A DNA stretch of 26,007 bases, taken from Thermodesulfobacteriota bacterium (GTDB lineage Bacteria > Desulfobacterota_D > UBA1144 > Nemesobacterales > JAJCZQ01). The position numbers and the translations under genes were made by a program. The stretch is taken from NCBI GenBank assembly GCA_965203965.1, contig CBDBDR010000004.1:1-26007 (forward strand), written 5' to 3'. The notes beneath the pieces are model-generated. The model ran no database searches and had not been told where the DNA came from. It saw nothing but the letters and a program-made list of their open reading frames with translations. Every line of letters starts with the position of its first letter. Positions within the stretch are counted from its first letter, which is position 1. Below are positions 1-9,325 of the stretch, piece by piece.

Positions 1-195
1 GTCGTGTTCTCTTTCGTCGTGTGGTCCTCTTTCGTCGTGTTGTCCTCTTTCGTTGTGTTGTCCTCTTTCGTCGTGTTGTCCTCTTTCGTCGTGTTGTCCT
101 CTTTCGTTGTGTTGTCCTCTTTCGTCGTGTTGTCCTCTTTCGTCGTGTTGTCCTCTTTCGTCGTGTTGTCCTCTTTCGTCGTGTTGTCCTCTTTC
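1..195 (-). repeat. Coding 18-bp minisatellite, about 10 copies, encoding (D/N)ERGQH in the TM4-TM5 loop of paralog A
   Basis: Plus-strand unit gtgttgtcctctttcgtc; minus strand gac gaa aga gga caa cac, in frame with the preceding LQRLLPNSNERGQH. Confidence 0.95.
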
Positions 196-1034
196 ATTGC
201 TATTAGGAAGCAATCTTTGTAATTCTTCACTCAGAGAGTGGCTACCATCATCACCACCTACATTCTGTAAATTGACATTATCTATGGCTGTAGTAAGTTT
301 TTCAAGCTTGTTAGTGATCTTGTAGACAACTTTGGAAAAAATGAAGCAACTTTGAATGGCACAAAACTGTGAGCTCAAGTGCAGAACAATCCTGGCAAAG
401 TTCAAACCATTAATCCAACATTGATCTTGGTTATAAACAGAGTCAGCGTAAACAACAGAAGAGACAAAGCTACCAATGAACAAGATATGCAGAACTATAT
501 AGTTACTATAGAAAAAGGCGGTATCCTTATTTGACAGCTTAATAGATTCATCAAATGGAGACAGTGTTCCTTCATTAAATGCCTGCTTGTGTTCAGTACA
601 GCAGCAATTAGACGAACAACACGAACACGTAACAGGCATAAGTACTAGAAAAGTAATAAAAGAATACGACAAAAAAGCAGCGAACGAACCAATGGTGATG
701 GCGACAGAGAACTTCCAATGCTCTTGCGGTAGAATGCAATCAATAGGGTCACTGTCTAGACTTGAATTGGCAGTAAAAGTAAAATTTACAATTCTGAAAC
801 TTTCTACAACTACAGCAGTAACAATATGAAAACAATAAGCACAAATTTGAAATAAAAACAAAAGACATCCAAAGAATGCTAACACACAGGAATTCTTGGT
901 GATGTACTGTCCAGAGAAAAAGCAGAAAAAGTAGAACAAAAAAAACGTGTACAGCATGGATTTCTATCAGATGGTCTATTTCCAGCAGCACCTTCCATTT
1001 GAATAGATGTCCTATTACTAGAAGCACCATTCAT
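1..1034 (-). CDS. Paralog A, GRL/7TMIC-like membrane protein; 3'-partial (runs off window start), 1-bp frameshift near the N-terminus
   Basis: Absent from the ORF track because no stop lies in the window. The minus frame is open from 960 to 1: FYFFCFFSGQYI...CILPQEHWKFSVAITIGSFAAFLSY...LSPFDE...LHLSSQFCAIQSCFIFSKVVYKITNKLEKL...(DERGQH)n. ATG 1034 (MNGASSNRTS...NPCCTRFF) joins this frame if the A8 run at 938-945 is one base longer; an alternative in-frame ATG is at 957. Confidence 0.85.
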
Positions 1035-2482
1035 AGCTAAAACAAGATGGCAAATAAGGCTAGATCAAAGTTGAAGTACATGTAACAATGGCTACTAGAT
1101 TCCACTTTTATTTAGCATAAGTGAAAATATTCATGCAACGAGACCTGGTTCAATGTTAATCATTATCAGCAATAGAATAGGAACTGAGGATAAACGTTAA
1201 ATATTGATGGGTTTCAGATAACACAACTAGATATTCAATGATCTCATGTTTGTCACATGCTGTGTACAATACTTGTTTTAAACCAACAGCTGGCAAATAA
1301 AAGGGGAGGAGTAAGGCAATAAAATGGTGGATACACAGTCACATGAAAATTGTCTTTCTGTAATAACAATAATTATAGCACACTAGTATTATTCATTAAT
1401 TGTCACCTGCTATGTGCCTGTTTCTAGGAAATCAAGATTGGTCTCTGAATACCATAAACATAATTATGACTACGACCAAATTCAAACCAACAGTCACTAT
1501 CACTAGCACTATCAAGATTAATGATCAGAGCACCGAGAAGAGCTACCAGCAAGAGGTCTGTTTCGCACGGCAGCATAGTACAGATATCGAGATAAAAACA
1601 TATTATTATCAAGAAGCTACATATACGAACAAACACCTTGTCAACACTTTCTAGTCACTATCAAGCAACACTCTTAGGATATTAATCACCAACTCCAGAG
1701 GAAACAAGACTAGTATATCACACAACAATGACATTGAGCCAGTCATACTAAAAAGCATAAAACGTTAAACAATACATTAAGACTCACAACACTTAAATAA
1801 ACCGTCGAAATACTAGTATGTGTAAGAACCATAAACGGATATTAAACAGTGATACATCAAAGTTATAATGATTAGTTCAAAAGTAACAGGTAGCCAAGGA
1901 TAGACTGGTTGTGTCAGCTATGCTCTGACTGCTCTCCCAGGAGTGCCAGGATGCACGTTGTATACCTCTGAACTTTCCCGTATACTTCCGCTCTTGTCAG
2001 TATACTCTCGTGTTTGTCAGTATTATAGTGTTGTAGTGACGTCACAAGCGTTTACTCTACATGAATCTAAACCTCTCTATTATGTAGACTTCAATGTAAT
2101 TCTACAATTTGATCTGTCATCCAGTATAACTTGTCGAGTTTATCACACCTTTAATTAACCACATTGTTAATAACCACAACAAAATGGTGTTGTAGAAAAA
2201 TGTATACACGTTTACATGCACTACATGTTCAAGAACACAATGTTACTTTGAGTACTTAGGTTGACGACACACAGGTATGGCCTAAAATGACTTCCCAGAT
2301 TTAGACAATATGCACAGCCAAGCCTCCAGGCATGACATCACCACAACTGATCTAACTATTTCAGTAGCTACCACAGCCTATGCATAACAATGTAACATAG
2401 CAACACAACAATATTCATCTACTGCAAGACCATCATCAATCTAAAACATAGCCTTTCAACAAAGGTCATCATCCATTATTGT

Positions 2483-4086
2483 CTAGAAGCTCAGGTATGC
2501 ACCAAGAATGGGTACGAAAAAAGACACAAATATCCAGTTAAACTCAATCGAGATACTGGCACAGAACAGCGGAACCTGAAAAGCAAAGTTCTTCGATATT
2601 AAGTAATGAACAAAACTGGTTTGAACTGAGAGAGGAACGTTGTCCCATCGCTTCTCAGAAATAGCGAGTATTGCTCTAGCACGAGCAGTGCCAATCGCAG
2701 CAGCACGGAAGCACGGGTAGAGGAATAGGTAGCCATGGATCAGAGTGAAGGAAAGAACGTACAAGACGTATGGTGCTCTAGTGTCAGCTTCACCTTTTGG
2801 TAGAAATTTTTCTACTGATTTTAAATCGTACTGGACGACTTCAATTGCTATCTGCATAATAAAAGCACTGAGCAGCACTGTTGTCAGAGCAAATAAGATC
2901 CAGTGGACAAGAAACCATACTCCAAACAGCTTAAGCATTGGTTTCACTTGCTTGATAAAATCCTGGTCCATCTTCTGGAGCCAATAAAAACGTCCCTTGT
3001 CCACTTTTCTGTTGTCATCAACACTAACCAATGCTATTAGTTTATCATCATCTTTTATATTCTGTACAGCAAGTGCTTCCTTCGTTCTTAAAAGTCAACC
3101 TGGTCAATGTCCGTAACAAGCTTCTGGAGTCTATTTGTTACTTTGTAGATGATTTTTGAAAATATGAAGCAGCTGTGAATGGCACAAAACTGAGAGCTCA
3201 AGTGCAGAATCATCATCGCAAAATACCAAGAAGTAATGTCACAATTACTATCGTAGACTGAAATTACATAAGCAACAGAGGAGACACAGCTGCAGAGAAA
3301 CAAAACGATCGCAAATAGATAGTTCACGAAGAAATAACATGTCTGTTCAGATGACAGATTGGTAGAATCATCGTCATCATTGTAGGGAGACAAAGCAGTG
3401 TCCCCGAGCACTTGCCTGTATGCTGAGCAACAACCATTGCTACCACAACATTGACTAGAACAGCAACGAAGGCCATTGACAGGAATCAAGACGACAAATG
3501 TCATTAAGCTGTACGAGAAGAAGGCAGCAAATGTACCAATGGTGATGGCAGTAGTGAACTTCCAATGCTCTTGTGGCAGCATACAAGTGATGTTGTCATA
3601 GTTAGAAGAATTTGTGTGACTTACATTCATAATCATATGACTGGCATTTCCAATTGTGTAAACCTCCACTGCCAAAGCAGTGCCAACATAACCAAAGTAC
3701 ACAATAATTTGAAAGAGAAAAAAAGCAAATGCCACATATGGGATAAGCTTTTTGCAAGAAAAACCTGGAGGTGGCCCTGGGTCAAGATTTGGGTTAGGAT
3801 GTTGGTCTGGCTGTGGCTCTGGACTTGCAGCTGGCTGTGGCCCTGATGGTGACCTTGATGAAGTATTAAAGTTGATGTACTGCCCAGCAAGAAAGCAGAA
3901 TACGTAAAACATTGTCCAAAAACATTTGCAGGCATATTTCCGAACACAAGCAACACAATTCTCACTACCAGATGGTCTAACTTGCTGAGTTTGATGACCT
4001 TGTTCGATTTCAGTCGATTGAATAAGAGAATCGAAGAAGTAAACGTTATTTTGGAGTAGAGGAGACTCTTCAGTTGGTCCAGCCAT
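2483..4086 (-). CDS. Paralog B, about 534 aa if repaired; single 1-bp frameshift at 3090-3093
   Basis: ORFs 3088..4104 and 2483..3031 are the two halves of one gene. Adding one base to the A4 run at 3090-3093 gives QVDFLRTKEALAVQNIKDDDKLIALVSVDDNRKVDKGRFYW, collinear with paralog C EVNFLHDERKTVAVQKIKNDEELQKLIKDDDNIIVDRGRYHW. First ATG is 4086 (MAGPTEESPLL). Confidence 0.88.
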
Positions 4087-4679
4087 GCTACTACCACAAA
4101 ACAATTAACTGGTGAATGGTTGTCTTAAGCAAGTTGCAAGAACGCTCGTAGCTGCTGTTATCACTGACACTTTGTGTACAACGATATTCATAATTTACTG
4201 GGGGAAATCCTGAGTTGATTCATTGCTGCACAATGCACAGCTTTGCAGTGCAGCAGTTCCAATTTGTTTTCTATTCATGCTTATGTTTCTAAGCAGTAGC
4301 AGCACAAACAATGCCTTACCTACCAAAAATAGTAATTTTGATGTTGCAAAGTAGTAGAAAATTCGAAAATTATATTTTTACGAAAACATCTTCAATTGTG
4401 GTAGGCACTGATTTTAAAGCGACGGCAATTGAACAGAAAGTACCTTACAATCTTCATTGTTTACAACTTACACACACAACTTCAGAACTTGAGTATGTTG
4501 TCTACAAAGCCTAACTTGTGTTCCTTGGTTATAATTAAGACTTTGTACGTAGCGTTTTAAAAAATAAAATAATGTCAACTACCAAAGTTCACCAAACAAA
4601 ATATTTATTCCCATCTAAAGAAATTTGTTCAAAAAAATTAGGCATAATTTATAAGATAAAATACAGTGATATCTTTTGT

Positions 4680-6269
4680 CTAGAAGGTCAAGTATGCACC
4701 AAGAACTGGAATGAAAAAAGACACAAATACCCAGTTAAAGCCGATGGGAATACTTGCACAGAACAAGGGCACACGAAATGCAAAATCTTTTGATATAAGG
4801 TACTGGACGACGCTTGTTTGAATCGATAGAGGAATATAACGCCATTTCTTTTCAGAAACTTGTCTTATCATTATTGTACGAGCATTAGCAATCGCAGCAG
4901 TACGGAAGCACGGGTAGAGGAATATATAGCCATGGATCAGTGTGAAGAAAACCACGTACAAGACGTATGGTGCTCTAGTGTCAGCTTCACCGTTTGGTAG
5001 AAACTTGTCCACAGTCTGTAAGTTATACTGGATAACTTCAATGATTATCTGTATCAGAAAAGCACTGAGTAGCACTGTCATCAGAGCATACAAGGTCCAG
5101 TGGACAATGAACCATATACCAAACAGATCAAGAATAGGCACCGTTTCTTTGATAAAATCTTTATCCAACTTTAGCAGCCAATGATACCGTCCTCTGTCAA
5201 CAATTATATTGTCATCATCTTTAATCAATTTTTGTAATTCTTCATCATTTTTTATTTTCTGCACAGCGACTGTTTTCCTTTCATCATGAAGAAAGTTGAC
5301 CTCAACCATGAGAGTAATAAGTTTTTGGAGTTTATTTGTGACTTTGTAGATGATTTTTGAAAATATAAAGCAGCTTTGAATGATACAGAACTGTGCAAAA
5401 AAATGAAGAACAATCATTGTCACGTACAAAGGATTAATCTCACAAGGACCTCGGTTATAGACAGAGGCAACATAGACAGCAGAGGAGACAAAGCTGGCAA
5501 TGAACAAGAAAATCACAATTAGGTAGTTGATAAAGAAATAGCAAGTCTGTTCAGATGACAAATTAGTAGTTTTATCATCATCATTGTAAGGAGATAAAGA
5601 TTTATCTGTAAGTGATTTCTTGTAAGCAGAGCAGCAATCCTCATTACCACCACAGCAGCAACAAAATGGAATGCTATTAATTGGAATCAAAACGAAAATG
5701 GTCATCAAGCTGTACGAGAAGAAAGCAGCCAACGATGCAATGGTGACTGCAGTGGTGAACTTCCAATGCTCTTGTGGTAGCACACAGCTAATGCTACTGT
5801 TACCAGACAAACTAGTGTTTGGAAAACTAGTGTTAGCAATCGTGAAAACCTCTACTGCCACAGCTGTTCCAGCATAACCAATGTACACAATGACTTGACC
5901 AGCAAATGGAATCAATGCAAGAACTGCAATGACCTTTTTGCATCTTGATGGTTGGTTTGGTGTTTCTGATGGTTGGTTTGGTGTTTCTGATGGTGGGTTT
6001 GGTGTTTCTGATGACCAGAAGTTGATGTACTGACCAGAAAGGAAGCAGACTATGTCAAACAATACCCATACTATGATTTTGCAATTGCTGGCATTCCTTT
6101 CCTCAGGAGCACTGCTGTTATTAGTAGATGTTCCCTGACCTTCCTGAGCTGCCTGAGCTACAACATCTGCCTGAGCTTCAACATCTGCCTGAGCTTCAAC
6201 ATCTGCCTGAGCTTCAACATCTGCCTGAGCTTCACCTTTATGATTTAGTAACGGATCTACTTCAGACAT
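4680..6269 (-). CDS. Paralog C, intact GRL/7TMIC-like membrane protein, 529 aa
   Basis: Uninterrupted ORF from the first ATG at 6269 (MSEVDPLL) to TAG; all family motifs present; ends VLGAYLTF. Confidence 0.93.
   Translation of the reverse strand: MSEVDPLLNHKGEAQADVEAQADVEAQADVEAQADVVAQAAQEGQGTSTNNSSAPEERNASNCKIIVWVLFDIVCFLSGQYINFWSSETPNPPSETPNQPSETPNQPSRCKKVIAVLALIPFAGQVIVYIGYAGTAVAVEVFTIANTSFPNTSLSGNSSISCVLPQEHWKFTTAVTIASLAAFFSYSLMTIFVLIPINSIPFCCCCGGNEDCCSAYKKSLTDKSLSPYNDDDKTTNLSSEQTCYFFINYLIVIFLFIASFVSSAVYVASVYNRGPCEINPLYVTMIVLHFFAQFCIIQSCFIFSKIIYKVTNKLQKLITLMVEVNFLHDERKTVAVQKIKNDEELQKLIKDDDNIIVDRGRYHWLLKLDKDFIKETVPILDLFGIWFIVHWTLYALMTVLLSAFLIQIIIEVIQYNLQTVDKFLPNGEADTRAPYVLYVVFFTLIHGYIFLYPCFRTAAIANARTIMIRQVSEKKWRYIPLSIQTSVVQYLISKDFAFRVPLFCASIPIGFNWVFVSFFIPVLGAYLTF
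5946..6013 (-). repeat. Coding 21-bp repeat x3 (SETPN[P/Q]P) in paralog C
   Basis: Plus-strand unit tgatggttggtttggtgtttc; lies between GQYIN and TM1. Confidence 0.9.
6150..6233 (-). repeat. Coding 18-bp repeat x4 plus partial (EAQADV) in the N-terminus of paralog C
   Basis: Plus-strand unit aacatctgcctgagcttc at 6162, 6180, 6198 and 6216. Confidence 0.92.
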
Positions 6270-6590
6270 ACTACCACCACTATCAAAGAAATTAATGGAC
6301 AGCAAGCAGGACAGTCAGCAAATAGAATGGAGGAAGAATCAAGTTGTCTAGAAAGGCAAGTATACCAGAAGCATATGACCATTGTCACATGATCAGTAGT
6401 AGCTGACTAAACCAAAACTAACATGAACACTAGAACATCCTTTCTGAAACAATCCTCAAACAACTGTTATCACTACTTTACCATATTTAGTTTTATAGAG
6501 ATATCAGCAAACAAATTCATCAGAGCCTGGCTATTGTAGCAAATCACACTTCATAGTAGTTGTATCTACTACATAGTAGATTCAGTTTAA

Positions 6591-6662
6591 ATTCTTATCA
6601 CTATAGTAACCTATTCTTATCACTATAGTAACCTATTCTTATCACTAGAGGAACCTATTCTT
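6591..6662. repeat. Non-coding 22-bp tandem repeat x3
   Basis: Unit attcttatcactatagtaacct at 6591, 6613 and 6635 (third copy diverged). Confidence 0.85.
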
Positions 6663-6938
6663 CTCAAACTAACAGAGCATGAGTAGTTAACTCTAAGGCA
6701 GTTCAGTGGAAATCAACGGAACAGTTCAAACAATATTTTGTCCTTAAATCTATGTCCTATAAACATGCGAGAGAGATGCACAGAGTAGTGTGGGCCGGCA
6801 TAAGAGTTTATACTCTTGCGAATTTGCTAACAACATAAGTTTGAAAAAAATATTGAAAAAGACTGCTAAGACATTGTTTCAACAAATATTCAGGTGAACA
6901 TTGTACAACGTAGAATGTGGAAGAGTGGAAGTCATTGT

Positions 6939-7219
6939 CTAGAAGTTCAGATAAGCACCAAGAACTGGTACAAAGAAAGACACAAATACCCAGTTGAATC
7001 CGAATAAATGCTAGAACAGAACAAGGGAACTCGAAATGCAAAGTTACGTGAATTGAGGTACTGGACAAAGCTGGTCTGAATTGAGAGAGGAACATTACGC
7101 CCCTTTTACTTAGAAATTTTGCAAATCAATTTCATACAAGTAATAGTAATTGCAATGGCACGAAAGCATGGGTAAAGAAATAAAATGACTATGAACAGAC
7201 GTAAAGAAAACTATGTAAG
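6939..7219 (-). pseudogene. Degenerate TM6-TM7 fragment of a family member, directly behind the stop of paralog D
   Basis: Minus strand reads YIVFFTSVHSH/FLYPCFRAIAITITCMKLICKISK*KGRNVPLSIQTSFVQYLNSRNFAFRVPLFCSSI/GFNWVFVSFFVPVLGAYLNF* with two frameshifts and one internal stop. Confidence 0.9.
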
Positions 7220-7229
7220 ACTCTCAACA

Positions 7230-8663
7230 CTAAAAGAAAACAGTCGCAATACCATAAACAGATATAAAAAGGACAAATAAACTAGCATAAAACCAGTTAA
7301 GTTGTAACTTGATATTAGCACAAAACAAGGGCACTCGGAAACCAAAGTTTTGAACTGTGAGGTACTGGACGAAATTGCTTTGAACCAAAAGAGGAACGTT
7401 GTTCCATTTTCGATTGGAAATGGTGTGGATTAACTTGGCACGAGCTTCACCTATCGCAGCAGCACGGAAGCACGGGTAGAGGAATAGATAAGCATGGACC
7501 AGCGTGAAGAAAACTAAGTACAAAATCAGCAGTGTCGTTGGATTCCTTTCTCCTCCTTGCAGTGCATTGACAATAATTTCAAAGACATACCTAACAAGTA
7601 ATAAAGTCGTCACTGCATACGAGACAAAGTGAAAGATAAACCACACCCCATACAGGTCGAGGGTAGGCTTCACCTGCTTGACAAATGCTCGATCAACCTC
7701 TTGAAGTAAAGAATACATTTCCTTATCACTTGTGCTACTAGCATCAGATCGAGACATTTCTGAACTGTTCTGAATTCTGAAATGGTTAGTACCGACTTTC
7801 AAATTGTCACTAACCACATCCATTTGTTCAACGAGTCTATCGAGCTTAGCTGTAACCTTGTAGGAGATTTTGGAAAATATAAAACAGGTTTGAACAACAC
7901 AGAATTGTGTAATCAAGTGAAGAACAATTCTGGAGATGTCTAAAGCATTTATCCAACAGTTATCCTGGTTGTTGTAGACATCCTGGCTGTAGACAGAATG
8001 GACATAAATGACAGAGGTAACAAAGCTACAGATTAGCAAGACAAGCACAACTAAGTAGTTGAAGGCAAAAAAGCAAGTCTCCATAGTCGACATCTTTGCA
8101 GATTCGTCATCATCATTGTAAGGGGACAAAGCGCCATTCCTGTACACCTTTTTATACACCGTGCAGCAGCCTTTAGCAGAAGCACAGCAGCATTGTGTAG
8201 AATCTTCACTGTCCTCCTCATCAGAGCTGAATTTGGACTTGTAGTAAAGAAGACAATTCACAGGGATCAAGATTAAACAAGTAATGGAACTATACGACAA
8301 GAAAGCACCAATTGTACCAACACTGATGGCGCTAGAGAACTCCCAATACTCTGCTGGTATCGCACACTCTGCTGGCTCAATGGAAGAGTAAGCCACAATC
8401 CTGTAAACTTGAACTGTTAAGGCAGTGCCAATATGATACAAGTAGGAAACAACTTGAAACACAAATATGATCAATCCTCCAGCCAAGAGAAACTTTTTTC
8501 TAGATAAGAACCGTTGCCTGACTCCAACATTGATGTACTGCCCAGAGAGAAAGCAAAAAATATAGAAGACAATCCACCACCATTTGCTAGTACGTGGAGT
8601 TACTCTTGGAAGCAATTCTTGTCGAGGGTCTTCCTCGATCGATCTGGAACGGCGAAAATACAT
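7230..8663 (-). CDS. Paralog D, intact, 477 aa, divergent last TM segment
   Basis: ATG-to-TAG ORF with FCFLSGQYIN, CAIPAEYWEF, LSPYND, QFCVVQTCFIFSK, HAYLFLYPCFRAAAI and FVQYLTVQNFGFRVPLFC. Confidence 0.93.
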   Translation of the reverse strand: MYFRRSRSIEEDPRQELLPRVTPRTSKWWWIVFYIFCFLSGQYINVGVRQRFLSRKKFLLAGGLIIFVFQVVSYLYHIGTALTVQVYRIVAYSSIEPAECAIPAEYWEFSSAISVGTIGAFLSYSSITCLILIPVNCLLYYKSKFSSDEEDSEDSTQCCCASAKGCCTVYKKVYRNGALSPYNDDDESAKMSTMETCFFAFNYLVVLVLLICSFVTSVIYVHSVYSQDVYNNQDNCWINALDISRIVLHLITQFCVVQTCFIFSKISYKVTAKLDRLVEQMDVVSDNLKVGTNHFRIQNSSEMSRSDASSTSDKEMYSLLQEVDRAFVKQVKPTLDLYGVWFIFHFVSYAVTTLLLVRYVFEIIVNALQGGERNPTTLLILYLVFFTLVHAYLFLYPCFRAAAIGEARAKLIHTISNRKWNNVPLLVQSNFVQYLTVQNFGFRVPLFCANIKLQLNWFYASLFVLFISVYGIATVFF

Positions 8664-8679
8664 TGTGCTAACACTGAGA

Positions 8680-8935
8680 CAGGGGCGTATCTACAAGGGT
8701 GCTTTCAGCTCTCAAGCACACCCCTTAGCAAGCTATTTGCTATGAAAACTGTTGCTATGCCACTAATAATATTCATAAAATCTGGGCTGGACTCATCAGT
8801 GCTGTCAAAACCACATGTAATCTCTTGTCAGAGTAGGCTAAGTGCTCTTTGTCTTGAATGCACAATGCTATTGTGTAGAACGAACAATTACAGAGTGTGA
8901 GCAACCTCCTTATTCCAATCCTGGATACGCCACTG
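8680..8935. mobile_element. Candidate 256-bp MITE with hAT-like termini
   Basis: Left end caggggcgtatc (8680-8691) and right end gatacgccactg (8924-8935) are inverted at 11/12; no coding capacity; no target-site duplication recognised. Confidence 0.55.
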
Positions 8936-9205
8936 TAAGGTCTTGTTGAGATAGCTAACAGACTGCTAAAACGCTCAAAATTGCATTTTTAAAACTCCAA
9001 ACACACTAGTCACAAGTCAGGCGATGCAAAGGAAATATTGATTACAAGTACACAACAAAATAATATTCATAATTTATTAAGAAAGTATAATAATTATGTT
9101 GTTATAGAGTTGATCCTCTACAATCGAAGTCACAAGATCATAGATTTGAATGCCAATCACCTTCTGGTCAGGATTTATAGCTCAACTATAGCTAACTCTT
9201 GACAA

Positions 9206-9325
9206 AGTAGCTAACGCAGATAAAACAATGAATAACAATGTAACATAGCAACAAAACAATATTCATCTACTGCAAGACTGCCTAAAAATAGGCTATTTAA
9301 CAAAACAAAGGGCATTCATCATTGT
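9206..9325 (-). other. Orphan copy of the 3' flank of paralog B
   Basis: 9232-9278 matches 2384-2430 at 46/47 (ataacaatgtaacatagcaac[a/c]aacaatattcatctactgcaagac); weaker similarity continues to about the position of the B stop codon, but no CDS follows. Confidence 0.75.

Noticed and set aside
4..325. Plus-strand ORFs with SSFVVL, RRVVLF or CCPLSS repeats
   Set aside because: Antisense shadows of the 18-bp repeat in paralog A.
749..1030. 93-aa minus-strand ORF
   Set aside because: Wrong-frame overlap of paralog A; the family motifs lie in another frame.
1400..2158. Short intergenic ORFs
   Set aside because: No recognisable motifs or paralogy; consistent with chance.
3088..3093. Programmed ribosomal frameshift or intron at the B break
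   Set aside because: No slippery heptamer or GT-AG pair; a one-base homopolymer loss fully restores collinearity with C.
2745..5184. Similar plus-strand ORF pair 2745..2987 and 4942..5184
   Set aside because: The similarity only mirrors conserved minus-strand paralogs B and C.
2483..8663. GPCR interpretation of the 7TM proteins
   Set aside because: No DRY or NPxxY motifs and no signal peptide; loop 1 sequons and the N-terminal dileucine motifs imply a cytosolic N-terminus.
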